A program made the position numbers and the translations under genes. This document shows positions 14,249-28,896 of a DNA stretch of 64,000 bases, piece after piece. The DNA is from Octopus vulgaris (taxonomy: Eukaryota), in the NCBI GenBank assembly GCA_951406725.2, contig OX597815.1:146630001-146694000 (forward strand), read 5' to 3'. The notes below the pieces were generated by a model that was given only the letters and a program-made list of their open reading frames with translations, was not told where the DNA came from and did not search any database. Position 1 is the first letter of the stretch. The number at the start of each line of letters is the position of its first letter.

Positions 14249-14369
14249 AATAAGGGTAGAAATTGATATTAATCAATTAAAACCAGTGGCCTAGCATATT
14301 AAAAACAATACGAAGATTAATATATTTTTACATACAAAATTTAAAGGACTGACCACTAAAAGTGGACGG

Positions 14370-14409
<40 letters not shown>

Positions 14410-16066
14410 TAGTACGCTTTAATGCAGTATACTTTTTCAGTTTATCAGATATTTCTGACATAGTGTCCGAATAAACAGTCCTCTCCTATTTTGGCCTTGT
14501 GTTATTACATTATTATTCAATGAGGGATAAGCTAGATTGTTATTAACATGAATCATGTATACTAAGAAAATCATTACAAAACGAATTATTGATATTCCGC
14601 TTGTATTTAATTCGAATGCATTAAATACGCGTTTGAAGTTGTTATCCAAACAAGTTGTTTACGTAATCACTTGAACGTAAGTATTAGATTATAAAGACAC
14701 TGTATATAGATACATACATATACATAAACATGCGTGTATGTGCTTGTGTGGGAGTGAGTGTGTATGCGTGTGTGCATGTGTCTGTGTGTGCACGAAAATT
14801 GCTATCTCGGATGAGAGAGCATAACGGTTAACCGAAGCTTAGAACTCCATGTAAATTGATGTATATCCGAATTACAATCAAGTATTGAACATAATTTGTC
14901 CACCCATTTTCTTTCGGCATTACATACATTTGAACAATTTTCGAGTGCTGTATCCTAGTGCAGAATAGACAAGGGATTTAGTTAATCGTTTTCAGAATCT
15001 GTGATGTTATAATAAAAAGATAAACTAAATCTCCTGTTTATTCTGCTTTTGGATATATATATATGTATATATATAAATGTATATATATGTATGTATATAT
15101 ATATATATACATGTGTGTGTATGTGTGCGCGTGTGTATATATATGTGTGTGTATATGTATGTAAGTATGTACGTATATGCATCTTTTTATCTATCTATTT
15201 ATATCTCTTTCTCTCTCTCTATAAATATATATGTATATGTATGTATACATACATATATACATAATATATATTTATGTATTTATGTATGTATATATGTATG
15301 CATGTATGTATGTGTGTATGTATGTATTATAAAGCAAACGTGTAACGTCTGTTCGTAGAGTGTAATGTTAGGGACTCCTTCATTTTGGTGTTCTTCTTCT
15401 ACTCAGTTTTCCTCCTCCTCCTTCTTTTTCTTCATATCCTTCCTTTTGATTCCCGTTCTGCATAATCTCCACTCCCACTTACTCATCCCATAACCGCACT
15501 TTTATTTTTTTATGTTGTTTGCTCCCATCCAATATAAGCCAAAAGACAAGATTTGTCACAATATCACAGCACACTTTTGATGCAAGTCTTATGAAGTGCC
15601 TCTCTAATGTCTAAAACTGCAAACGCTACGTAAATGTCACTTCCAATGTTTGCGTTAAGGGACGTTGCAAATAGTGTTGATACAGAGACAATAGTATTGA
15701 ATCATTAAAGATGTGTTAAGGATGTGGTATACGAGTGTTGCCTCCGATATACGAGTGTTGCCTCCGTTAGTTTAAGGTTGTTAATTCAAGGCCAGCTCCT
15801 ATCTTCGTCGTGGATTGAATTTGGTTGCCGCTGATAGACCCATGGCATGTGCCGCGAGAGTGCGTTTGTCGGACTGCTATGAATGGTAGTATATGTTACT
15901 GGCAGGCATTTAAATGCGATTGGTCTTCTATTTCTTTGTGTCTTTGATCTGTTCGTCATGGTTGGCTACACATTTGAATTTCTTAAGAAGACCTTTAGTC
16001 TTCAGTAGTTGGCTACATACTCACATACACACTACAGAGCCTCATATATACACTCTGACGCACAAA

Positions 16067-16130
<64 letters not shown>

Positions 16131-16525
16131 AGCACTTACGTATACATTCATACATACAAATATATACATCCCCGTACATACGAGTATATATATACCCACA
16201 TACTCATAGATAAGTAAACCTAATGCACTCCTACTCTCTCACACACGCATATACACAAACAAATAGACACTTTCATAGACTGCAGACACGTGTGTGGGCA
16301 CCTATACCTCATACATATAAATAGAGAGACGTGCACAATCGGATTGAGAGTTTACTGAATTATTATTACTTATTATTTATAATACTAAAATTTTCACCTG
16401 AGGAAACAAAAACAAGTTCTCATTATGCAAACAGTTGCAATATCAAATACTTCTATTTTTGGAGATCTACGTTGCCTCAAAACAATTACACCGGTCTCCT
16501 TCTTCTTGACTCCAATTTCTTCAAT

Positions 16526-16588
<63 letters not shown>

Positions 16589-19294
16589 GGGTGTCTGGGT
16601 GGGTGTAAATGTGTTTGTGACTAAATAGTTAACTTTTACGTCAAACAATATTTACCATTGTCCTGGCTGACCCACGCCTTAGTATTAAAGCTAGTTTGAC
16701 AGAACCTGTGTAGAGCCCATCAGATGGATTGTGCTTTTATATCAAAGTTATAGCTTTATGTCACGCAATGGGTTGCAATGAATCTATATAAAATTTAAGG
16801 ATACTCATATCTCTGGAACATTCAGCCACATGTATGCTAATTCATTGAACATCTAGTTCATTTCATCGAACGATTGAATTTACCACGCGGAAACCGATGG
16901 TTGATCATTTTTAGGTTGTTTGGATTTTTTTTTTATTTATAAATCGGTGGACTATATTATCATCAGCCAAAAAACCTGAAGACTCGGCTTTTTCCGAATG
17001 CAGTTCCTTAAAATATTTGTTTGGCATCGATCTAGACACACCTTTGTCAGAGTGACTGTCAGGAATGCAGTGAACCAGTGACTGAAATCCTGTAAATAAC
17101 GAGGCTTTTGTTCTCTAACTGCGATAAAGAGATAAAAATAAATCATTAAACAGAATAAAATATCTATTCAATGCTTGAAACTATAGAACGCAGGAAAATT
17201 AGATTTTTGTTCCCTAAATAATTACCTAAAGTAATTAATCAAACATCATTATTTCAGTATTAGAATAACAACAAGAGCGTTCTTTTTGTTTTGTTATTTT
17301 AATGTTTTTGCTTGTGTGATGCAATCTGTCGTATCATTTAAAAACTAATAGAAAAAAGAACCGCAAACAAATGCAAATATAAATAGTTTGACATATTAAA
17401 CTGACATATTGATTTACGTTTTACGATACTTTAGGCACCAGGCTTAGAAAAGTAGGTAAATGGGATGTTCTATACCGCATGCCTTTCTATATTTCATTAA
17501 AGTGTTTAGACTCTGTACGCTAGGTTTATAGCACTACGGCTACAATTCTCATATAGTTCTGCATAAAATAAATATAAATAATTGATAGTCTGGTGGTATT
17601 CAAATGAAACAGAATATATGTATGATGTTTGATTACTCTAACATCTTATTGACTTAATCTCAAATATTGTTCCAGTTCGTCGTTCTTTTGGGAGTTGCCG
17701 GAGTCTGGAATGCATCGTAAATGAAGCAATAAAATGTATGCTACATATCTACGTGGTTTATGTGACGTCTGTCTGCTTACTGGAATAAATGGCTCCGTGT
17801 GTTATTGCTAATGCGTGCCCGCCGCTCCGGTTTTATAACAATCTCTTAATAGGTCTCGCGTGCGTCTATGTATTTCAGTATATATGAATCGTATCCTTAC
17901 CTAGATGTTATTGATGTTGTTCATTAAATATATCAATTATACGCACAAGTTCTAATACTAGCCATTATGTGATGTCAGTTAATGAACATCTAAATTAACA
18001 AGAGTAGAGAGAGACTTCTCTCTCAGATTCTCTGGAAATATATCTGATAGCAGTTATATTTTCCGTTGACATACAATTGATAGTACAATACAATTGAATT
18101 TCAATGCAGATATATGCACTATTTTCATATACATAGCATTTGAAATTGTGTGATATCATTTTCTAGTATCAGCCTCGCAGGGGCTTTTGATGAAGTTATT
18201 AAGTCGTAGACTTTGTAATATGCCGTTGTTGAGTCTTTAATGTCTAAACTCGCTATTCATCAACATCATTGAATTATTGCCTTAGTCTATCAGGCATGTG
18301 TTCAAGAACAAGTTATAAGATAATTTAATCGTAATTACCTTCACTTAATGAAATCAATGCCTCAAGAATGCAATTAAATTTCATTATATAAAAAATCAAT
18401 GTAAAGAATATGTTGCACGTGAGTATAGCCAAACTCGGTGGTTCATAGGGAGACTCTAGAAATTCAAGTGATTTTATACTTTTGATAGAATAAGTTATAT
18501 ATCAAGTGAACACTGAACGGAAGTAGATTACATATCACGTCCGAGTCCACGTCTTTCTTACTCACACAAAGGACATATGTTAGTTATTAGGGCTGATTTA
18601 TATGTCTGGCAAATCGCATTTCGAGATACTTCGAAGTATGTGGCGATGGAAATTAAAACTGAAGTTCGAGACATACAAGGGTGAACATCATAAAATATGA
18701 TCATTATATCTATTATTAGAATGACTAAATTTTATTTCGGTCTTGGGAAGGCAACATGAATGCATTTGGGAAATGGTAAATATATATTCACAAAATACAT
18801 ACAGATACACACATAAACACTGATGCATACATGTATGTATGTACTTGGTTATTTTCATATATGTCTGTATTTTATATATTCATCTGCCATGTGCTCCACA
18901 ATAACATTAGAAACTTACAATAACGAGGCCAAAGGTGAGTATTTCCCGACTGAATTTCCATTAGTTCTTGACTTTTTTAATATTAATATTGATTACAAGT
19001 TTTTCAGATTCCACTTTTAATATAAACTGGTTGATAATCACTATCAAACTCACCAGTAGCATTTTTTATGATATAGAAAGCTATAAATGATAATGGTATA
19101 GATAAACATTCCAAACATTCTATGTAAACTTGCCTTTTTAATCTCTACCCCTCTGTCTCACTCTCTGTGTATGTGTTTATATCCATATACACATGTTTCT
19201 ATGTATGTATGTATGTATGTATGTATGTATGTATTAAACCACAGTAGACACTTTTACAATGTTTTCTCAAACTTTTCAAAAATGTTAAAAGAAA

Positions 19295-19760
19295 TTATAA
19301 GATAAAGCAGATCAGTTACTAGAAATTACAGGCCTATCTCTCTAACCTCACAAGTTAGGAAGGTCTCAGAACTCATAGTCAGAAGGAGAGTGTTCACGTT
19401 CCTGAAGGAAAATAACTTACTCACAAACATGTAACGTGGCTTCTGCTAAGCTGCTTCACTCAACTACTACAGCATTCAGCATTTTGACTTTGACAAAGTT
19501 GATCATAGGAAGGTGTCACAAACTGCATGACGTTCGTATCGCTAGGTAACGTGGAGAGTTGTTGCATGACTTTTTAATTGACAGAATTTAGACAGTTGCA
19601 GTCAATAGCGCTCTCTCTCTCTCTCAGGATATATCAGTTCACAGCGGGGTCCCTGTACTGGGAACATTATTTTGAGTGGTGGCTCGCCTCCTGATTTCAG
19701 CACGACGTGTATTTATAGTGAGTGTATAATGATATGTGGAAATTGACGACTTAAAGTCTG
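19295..19760 (+). pseudogene. Highly decayed CR1/L2-group RT fragment
   Basis: NYRPISLTSQVRKVSE..., FDKVDH and SGVP..VLG remnants in correct order. Confidence 0.75.
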
Positions 19761-19783
19761 TTATCACCATATTGGAATGGAAA

Positions 19784-19852
<69 letters not shown>

Positions 19853-19854
<2 letters not shown>

Positions 19855-20010
19855 GGTGAGCTTCTTTCCGTTTACGCCTACTAATTCACTTGCAAGGCTT
19901 TGGTTGGCCCGATTGTATATTAGTAGACACTTGCCCAAGGTGCCACCCAGTTGGACTGAACCTGGAATCACGTGGTTGGGAAGTAAGCGTCTTACCACAT
20001 AGCCACGCCT
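19853..20010 (-). mobile_element. SINE family A, 5' half
   Basis: Similar to 2710-2863. Confidence 0.8.
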
Positions 20011-20779
20011 GGGCTTCTATTTGTTTAATTAATACAAGTCTAATTTCTTAACATATGCTAAATAGTTTCATGCTATGTATTTGTATATCTGAAAACAAAA
20101 ATATGAAAATACGTTTTTACAAAAAAAAATCTTTTCGAATTATAGTTTAAACAAAAAATATTGATGGACATTTTCATAAGGCGAGTGTGACATATATAAC
20201 ACAAGTAGAAAAGAGGGAAGAAGCTAATGGGATCACATGTTACTTCTAATCTTTTGCACAGAAAAACTGCTTTAATATATGTATTTGTTGCGCGTTGCAG
20301 CTAAAATTTAAAAAATCATCATGTATATGTAACCTAATGAAGTTCATAAGATAATTGTTTATTCTTTTGTTATCCTCTTTCTTATCTACACACACACACA
20401 CATACATACACAAACACATACACATGTACACATCTATACAAACACTCCTCCATTCATGAATATAAATATATACATACATGCTTCCACTATGCATACAGGA
20501 GACAGGGTACGTCAGCATACATTTATTTACAAAATAATACACAAGAAAGACAGCATAAATATATTAACTGCTATATTTTTTTTTATCCAGTCAGATCAGT
20601 TGTTGGTATTCATTACACTTTTGTTATTATTTAGTAAACAATTGTTTTGATGTCACCGACTGCAAGAATACTATGCGTATATTGCCAGTGTGCAGAGTTA
20701 ACTGAAGCATATTGCATTGAGCGTTGCTTTATATTTGTTAATAAAAGTTATTTCTTTATTGTTCTGTTGCTGTTCCGTC

Positions 20780-22420
20780 GTTCACTCGTTACACTGGTAG
20801 AAACGGAAGACCTGTCCTCTACAATTATCTCTATGTTCACTCATCTGCTTGTCCGGTGTAGTGTTCTCAGCAAAAGTTATATTTTATAATGTAGGTTAAG
20901 TTGTCCGAATCGCAGCAAAATTTGTTTTTATTTGTGAAGAGCCCTCTTTGAAGTAGAATTCAAGAACTGCCAATTGGTATCTACGCGCTCTGCAGTTTGT
21001 TCGGTTACATTTAATTACTTTAGAGTCTACCATTTCTATATGTAGACCAGCATTGGTCAGTTTATATTCAATTGATTTTGTTTGCCTCTTACTTTTTATA
21101 ATTGAATGTATGTCCAAAACTTTTCTCATTTTTCTTTTCACTCTGTAGTAATATTGGTAAATATTAGACAGGTATTCGTAAAAATTTCGGGATTTTTGAG
21201 ATTAAAATTTGAAATATAAGGAATAGTATATTTTATTCCTTTTCAGATTCTGTTGCTCTAAGGTGTTAAATTGTTTAGCTCTCTTATTTCCGAATTAAAT
21301 CATTTTATGTGGGTTTTTTCTCTCTTCAGAATGTTTTCATTTCGTCTAATTTTTGGTTCCCTGTTTCAAGTTTTGAAACAATTGAGCATATTCGTTTCAA
21401 AAGTTTGAACGAAATGTTACTTTGAATGCTCTTACGGTGACATAGTGTAAAGAGGAAGAAGTGTTTTGAAAAGTATATGACCGTTTGCATGAAACTAAGA
21501 AACCTTTTCTAGTTGTCTTTAAACAAAGACCAGACCCTTCACCAAATCTTCAGAGATTTGTAGTTTATTTTCCATTCATGGTATCCCTTAACCAAGTTGG
21601 CATATGTCAGAGCAACTTTACATTGCATAACCTGCTATGACTTTTGCCGATAGGCTTTCTACGAACATAATGAATTAGAGATTAACTAATGAAAATGAAT
21701 TAGAGACTAACTATAATAAATTCTTTACCTATGCATTCTGGTATTTAATAAGAACATGAGTCTCATTACTATTCTGTTGCTTGGATTCTATAATTATGAG
21801 GATTGTTGTTTTGGAGGTTTACAACGTCAGGTTTTACATGTGGGTGTTTTTGTTTAATGTAATCCGTACATGGTTGAGTATATCCAAATCATGTATAAAT
21901 CTCTGTATATACTTGCGAAAATGCTTTAGTAGAATGTCTAGGAAATTACCACAATTATGTATTTCGCACGGCCGACCTGCTGTAATGAGTCTCAGTTCAT
22001 GATTCGTTGGCAGTGAGCTATTCACAGAATTGGTATTGTTCTTTCACATATTTCTTTATTAGTTTATTCCTTTGTCTTTTATATAGTCCACAGAAGTTGC
22101 TTGTTCTATATTTGAAGTTTGTGAGATAATCCAGTTCTTATCGGTCAAAGAATTTTCGTATGCGTGTAGTCCGCAGATAAGTACATTCATTATGTTCGTA
22201 GGCTTGTTATCTTTGTTTTCTTCATAGTAAATATTATCTTGTAGCTTATCCAATACTAAATACTGTATTTCTGTATCCATAATATCAACTGAACTTTCTT
22301 TGTCAGTTTCCTTAATAATCGCATTTTTGTTAAATTGCAGAACTGCTAACTGGGTCCATTGTTGTCTACTGAAGTTAGATTTTATTTGTCTTGTTTTCTG
22401 TTCTTCTATGGGGATGTTTG
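20780..22420 (-). pseudogene. Degenerate Neptune-type PLE RT-EN
   Basis: Fragments LRLITAGRPCEIHNCGNFLDILLK..DLDILNH and HSIIKSKRQTKSI..LTNA..KCNRTNC align by eye, colinearly, to the 46815-49091 protein; many stops and frameshifts. Confidence 0.85.
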
Positions 22421-23412
22421 AAATACGCTCGCAGAATTCATATATGTGTGTGTGTGGGTGGGTGCGTGAGTGCGTGTGTGTGTACCTAGATGCATATATA
22501 CATATGACTCTGATAAATCTTTATTTTATTCCTATTATCGCACCCAGTGCATGTCACCCTATTCATATCAGTGCTTTTATTTGTATGCGTTTGTGTGCTA
22601 ACGTATTTATTTTCAAAATGTCTTTTCCTTTCTTTATTTGTTCGATAACAAAACTTCTTAAGTATCTTTTTTTTCTATCAGTCTTGATAGATTACATCAC
22701 TTTCTTCTCTGGAAATTGTGTCAAGTAAATAGATGCTGCCTCAAGTCAGCAACACAATAGCAATGCAAAAATCCATTGGTAATGGTGAATAGAAATTACA
22801 TTTCTATTTACAAAATATACAAAGTTCTACTGTCTCTGCACAATAGTGATGTAATGTCATAGCAAGAAAACTCCACGGATGTATTGAGTCAATGGTGAGA
22901 AAATTTGATTAAAACTACCAACAAGGAAATGAGTTGAAAAGACCCGTGATATATAGAACGAGTGACTTACATATTTTCATAATACGAAGCCTACGGTTAG
23001 ATTTTTTGCAGACATACATGTCGAGAGAGAAATGATGGAACTATTGTCTTAATAGTAAGAATTTATATCATAGTTGCCTTGATTATCCTCGTCGTCACCA
23101 TCATCATGATCATCATCATCATCATTATGACCATCATCTTCACTATTTTCTGTATCAGCAAAGACAGCGACAGCAGAAGTGTCCTTATTACCATCATCAT
23201 CATAACCCTCATCATAATCATCATCATCTATTATTTACTTTCTGAATGCAAATAACACCAAGGGCAATTTTACCCTTCATCTTTCCAATATCTATAAAAT
23301 ATAATGCCAGTTAAATGCTAGGATCTAGGAAATCGGCTGTTCCCAGTGAAAGTGTTGGCCTTGTACCAACATATAAAACTGTTATTATTATTATTATTAT
23401 TGTTATTATTAC

Positions 23413-23847
23413 TTTTTTTTCTTCTTTCAAATTTGCTTCCATTTCTTGCCGAGTGTCTTCCCGACTCCTAGGGCAAAGAAACTCATAGTAGTCATTGGTA
23501 GGCCATTAAACCAAACTCAATAGTTCGTTCATTTTTTTTTTTTTAAGTTAAATTAAAATACATGAGCAGCAACAGTTCTCACATCGACAATGCTCTTCTC
23601 AATACGTGTGATGTACCAGTTATGACAATCTTTTGCACTTCTTTCAGGGATGGTAAGCCAGGGATCATTCTCATATAATTTTCGGTTCCCTTCTTGATCA
23701 TTCCTAGTGCTCCTGCGATCACTGGTATTGTAACCGCCTTGAGATGCCACATTTTCTCAATTTCAATGAGTAGGTCTTTATATTTTCTGAGCTTGTCAAA
23801 CTCTTTCGCTGAGATATTATGATCACAGGGGATGCTCATGTCGATCA

Positions 23848-23848
<1 letters not shown>
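23413..23848 (-). mobile_element. 5'-truncated Dong/R4-type element (RLE C-terminus + 3' UTR) in (TAA)n
   Basis: IDMSIPCDHNISAKEFDKLRKYKDLLIEIEKMW...PVIAGALG; (TTA)n on both sides; near-identical 3' end at 63705-63914. Confidence 0.88.
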
Positions 23849-23910
<62 letters not shown>

Positions 23911-24061
23911 TGCTGTTATGTACATTTAAAAATACTTTTGATAATATTCTCGAATCAAAATGTTTTTGGAATTTCATATTTTTCTTAGATGAGCAGTTCC
24001 CATGAGCACAATTATTATAATTATTATCATTTTTATTATTATTGTTGTTGTTGTTGTTACT

Positions 24062-25194
24062 ATTAGTATATGTTTGACTTCTGCTTTGTATTTGTACAAG
24101 TTGACTCGAAGTCTCACCCAGAGACCACAAGAGACATGTTAGAAGTTCATGTTGGTGTTATGCCAAGGGTATCATATATTTGGTTTTGTACATAGTGTTG
24201 TTCTAGAGAATGTTTAAGAAACCATTAGAAAATTTCTTTTGTTTAATTTGAGATTACACAGACAGTATTTCACTTAGGATGTGGGCAGTTCTCATGAGCT
24301 CTATCTTTTGAATTTCTGCTATTTTGAGATTTCCTGGAATCTGAGACAGGTAGGACTCAGTCCCTTTTGCTATCATTCCTAAGGCTCTTATGACAACAGG
24401 TATTGTTTTAGTCTTGAGGTTCCACATTTTGCCAATTTCTATTTCAGGATCTTTTTAGTGGGTCTTGACAGATACAATTATATCGATTGAAACAGTCATA
24501 TCCCTGAGGAGGCATGATTTTTGTCTGAAGTCTTTCAATATAATGTCTGGCCTATTCGCATCAATCTTTCTATCAATTTGAATGGTGAAGTTCCAGAGGA
24601 GTGAGATGTGATAATTTTCAAACACTGGAAGTGGTTTGTGTTCCCACCGGTTTTTATCATGGGGCAGGTCCAGGTTTTTGCAAGTGAATATATTGTAGTT
24701 TCTTGTAGGTAGGCATTGAACCGGGGCTGCTATGATAAACACCTCTGTTTCTGATTTTAAGCCAGAAGTCATTAACCATTGATGGGTAAGGGCTTTGTCA
24801 ACATCGGCACTATTAGTTCTCTTTAAGTATTTGACATTGAGAGGTTTTTCTTGCCATTTATCAATAAGTTTTAGCAGTTTTAGCACGGGTCTTCATACGC
24901 TTAGACTCTCCTGTGCCTGTTTCCAGCACGTCTAATTTTTGGAACTTGTTGTATTTGGAATTCCCTTAGATTTTCTTTTGCCTGTTTTGTTGCTGAGTAT
25001 GATGCTTTCTTATTTTCATGCTTTGAGACAAGTTTTTAACAATTAGTGTCTAGGCCAGTTGTTGTAATCTTCATTGTCAATTCCAGGTGTAAAAATTTAC
25101 GGCCACCCTCCTTTCTTGGCAGGTAAAATCGTTCTATATCTGCCTTACGGTGGTACATTCTATACAATATCAACAATTTTCGTATTTTTCTGTC

Positions 25195-25198
<4 letters not shown>
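24062..25198 (-). mobile_element. Degenerate Dong/R4-type element 3' region
   Basis: DRKIRKLL...HRKAD..R.YLPRKEGGR; LKSETE.FIIAA; LLWNFTIQIDRKIDANRPDIILKD; starts at a long (TAA)n. Confidence 0.88.
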
Positions 25199-25281
<83 letters not shown>

Positions 25282-25286
25282 CATCA

Positions 25287-25365
<79 letters not shown>

Positions 25366-25372
25366 AATTATT
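25198..25372. repeat. (TTA)n microsatellite (other large ones at 1105-1199, 4625-4775, 5195-5312, 23849-23909, 36546-36610, 43765-43825)
   Basis: Direct reading. Confidence 0.98.
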
Positions 25373-26005
25373 ATTCGTTCTGTTGCTCACTGATGATGTT
25401 CTTAACAGCCGATCCTTTAACTGAGTACCTATCTAGTTATGTGGCACTAGCCAGTACATTCTGCAGGATATTTGCCACGTTTTTAATTTTTCTTCTCTTA
25501 AGGCTGCTGCTGCTGTGGTTGTTGTTGTTGTTGTTAAGGTGCTGCGATAGTAGAATCGTCAGCTCGTTAGATAAAAAGCTTTGCCATATTTCTTCCAGCT
25601 CTCAAGGTATGTGTGCGTATGTGCATTTTATGTGTGCTAGACATATACCTGAGGGCTGTGTTTTTTTATGACTAATATTGGTTATACGATTTGATATGGG
25701 AATTAGACTTTCCACTCTCCTGGTTCGGTAAAATAAATAGCAATCAAAATTCTAAATTAATAATCGATATTATTGAGAAATGTCAGTAAGGCAAAGTGCA
25801 ATTCGAACGTAAAGGTGAAGCATTAACCTACTTAGTTTAGAAATCTATTCCAAAAGCTGCTCATTCCTACGATTTACTCTGCAATTCGTCAGTTGATATG
25901 GTGTTTATTGAATTTTCTTCGTCATTCCAGAGAAAAACTTATTCGCACGTCGCATGAATGTGAGTATATAAGTGCATGCATATATATATATGTGTGTGCG
26001 TGTAA

Positions 26006-26075
<70 letters not shown>

Positions 26076-26198
26076 ATATAGATGTATACATCTACATACA
26101 TGCGAAAACACGCATGCACACACACGCTCACAAACACATACACACACAAAAACATAATTTAATTTTTGCGAATTTTTATTGCTTGGAAATTCATTACT

Positions 26199-26891
26199 AA
26201 ATTACTTAACTGTATAGTATTTCAATTCTTACACCACTTCGATTTTATATAATAATAAAGTTAAACAAATCGGTAAATTAAATGCCAAAACGTTATTAAT
26301 ACTCTTTTAGAAGGTATTAATAATATAAAGTATTTTTACTTGATTTGCATCTTGTTTGTATTTTTATGTTATATTAAAAATGGCGGTTGTTGGTGCAGTG
26401 ACTTCTAATTATTTTTCAACTGATTGTTAACCAAATACATTACAGTAAGGATAATTTGCAGGAATTTAATTTGTAAAGTCGAATGTATTATAATAACGAT
26501 TGCACTAAAGAATTATTTGCTTTTCTAGTACAGAATATCATAAAGAAATTCATAAAAGTGATATATACGGGACTGTATAAGTACATCAAGTTGCACACAT
26601 CATTACTATTCTCTTTCATCTTTGTCTACGCTATTATATATTAACACAAAATAATAAATACGAATCTCTAGCAATCACATGAAAGCTAACAAAATGGTTG
26701 AAGTCATTTTTAGAAATCATTCCAATCATTTTCAACATGTATACGCACGTATAGTAGCACTCTTTGACATGTAAGAACACGTGTGGAAGTATACATGTGA
26801 ATATGTATAATTGTATATATGCATATATGTATAAATTTATGTACATCACCTCATATATATATATATATATATATATATTGAGAGAGAGAGA

Positions 26892-26945
<54 letters not shown>

Positions 26946-27580
26946 AGTATATGTACATAAATACGCGCGTATATTATATATGTATATAAATTATATTTTA
27001 TATATGTGTCTATATATATATGTATACTTTTTCAGAATTTCAACGATTTATAATCTATTTTTTTCAAATGGTATTGAACATTGTATTAGCTTTGATGTGA
27101 TTGCTGGAGAATGGTACTTGTTTGTTTTAATCTATGATAGTGTAGCTTACATGAAACAGAATACCAATGAGTTTTGATACTACAAGTATGTCTTATGATT
27201 TGATATTTCGTATTTCAGTGTTTCTATCAGATAATATATAGATTTCATTAGAAGTAAATACTTAATTCTCAAGTGCATTGATAATTATGATGCATTCGAT
27301 TTTCGAAATTGAATTCTCTGAATTTATACTTGCTTTAACATATTTGGCTAACAATGACATGATAAATACTGTAAGTCACTGCACCAACTAGCATCGATTT
27401 AAATATATCGCGGAATGCTAACAGGTGATTAATGAAGTTAGTAAAAGTACTTTATATTATTAATAGATACAAAAATAGAATTAATAACGTTTTGGTATTC
27501 AGTTTACAACTCTATTTAACATTATTACAGTTTGAAATGGAAGTAATGTGGAAACAGAAAGACTTGAAAGTTAAATAATT
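26199..27580. repeat. Old long inverted repeat (arms ~26199-26725 and ~27050-27580)
   Basis: ccaaaacgttattaat / attaataacgttttgg, tattaataatataaagta / tactttatattattaata, agcaatcacat.aaagctaa / ttagcttt.atgtgattgct in mirrored order. Confidence 0.8.
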
Positions 27581-27665
27581 CATTCATTATTTGGCTCTAA
27601 TACAGTTACATTTATTAGATTAGAAATACATGATACATGCGCATACATGCATTTTTCTGTATATG

Positions 27666-27701
<36 letters not shown>

Positions 27702-28364
27702 TGTAAATGTGTATTATACAAATATAGATACACACACACACACATATATATATATATTTATATATATATATGAGTGTGCATATAAATGTACAAGTGTCAT
27801 ATAGTTATATATATATATGTAAATACTCACATGTATGTATATAATTTAAAAATAGAAGAGTATAAAGTTCATATAATGTAATTATTGCTATGCATGTATA
27901 AATTGGTGTGTTTGTGTAATTGTGTGAAACATTGATGATTGGTTGGATGTTCCTGTCCAATAGGCAGATATCCTTAGACGTACACTGGGTACGAAAAATA
28001 CACTTCTTTTAAAAATGTATCATGTTGCAGAACATGCAAGAACACAAGAACAAACCCCAGTTCTTTAAAATGTTTGTAAATGAGAAATTAAAATATGCCG
28101 TTATCATTATAATTCACGGGTACTGAAAATTAATGAATAAAATGGTGGGGTTGATTATCGCAAATTTTTACGGTATCTTAAATTAATACAGTAGAAATGT
28201 ATACGGGTATTTAGAAACAAAAATTGGGTAACTAACAATCTTCTCTGACTCGATCTCTCGCGCGTAAATTGCTTGACAGAAGTAATACAACTGAAAATGT
28301 GAGAAGACACATTACATTTAAGATTTTAAAATAATTTGACATTCCGTTTCTCGTTCTTCACTGT

Positions 28365-28818
28365 TTTCTTCTTCTTCTTCTTCTTCTTCTTCTTCTTCTT
28401 CTTCTTCTTCTTCTTCTTCTTCTTCTTCTTCTTCTTCTTCTTCTTCTTCTTCTTCTTCTTCTTCTTCTTCTTCTTCTTCTTCTTCTTCTTCTTCTTCTTC
28501 TTCTTCTTCTTCTTCTTCTCCTTTTTCTTCTTCTTCTTCTTTTCTTCTTCTTCTTCTTCTTCTTCTTCTTCTTTTTCTTCTTCTTCTTCTTTTCTTCTTC
28601 TTCTTCTTCTTCTTCTTCTTCTTCTTCTTCTTCTTCTTCTTCTTCTTCTTCTTCTTCTTCTTCTTCTTCTTCTTCTTCTTCTTCTTCTTCTTCTTCTTCT
28701 TCTTCTTCTTCTTCTTCTTCTCCTTCTCCTTCTTCTTCTTCTTCTTCTTCTTCTTCTTCTTCTTCTCCTCCTTCTCCTCCTCCTCCCCCTCCCCCTCCAC
28801 CGTCTTCTTCTTCTTCTT

Positions 28819-28895
<77 letters not shown>
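28365..28895. repeat. ~480 bp (CTT)n polypyrimidine microsatellite followed by (ATT)n
   Basis: Direct reading. Confidence 0.98.
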
Positions 28896-28896
<1 letters not shown>

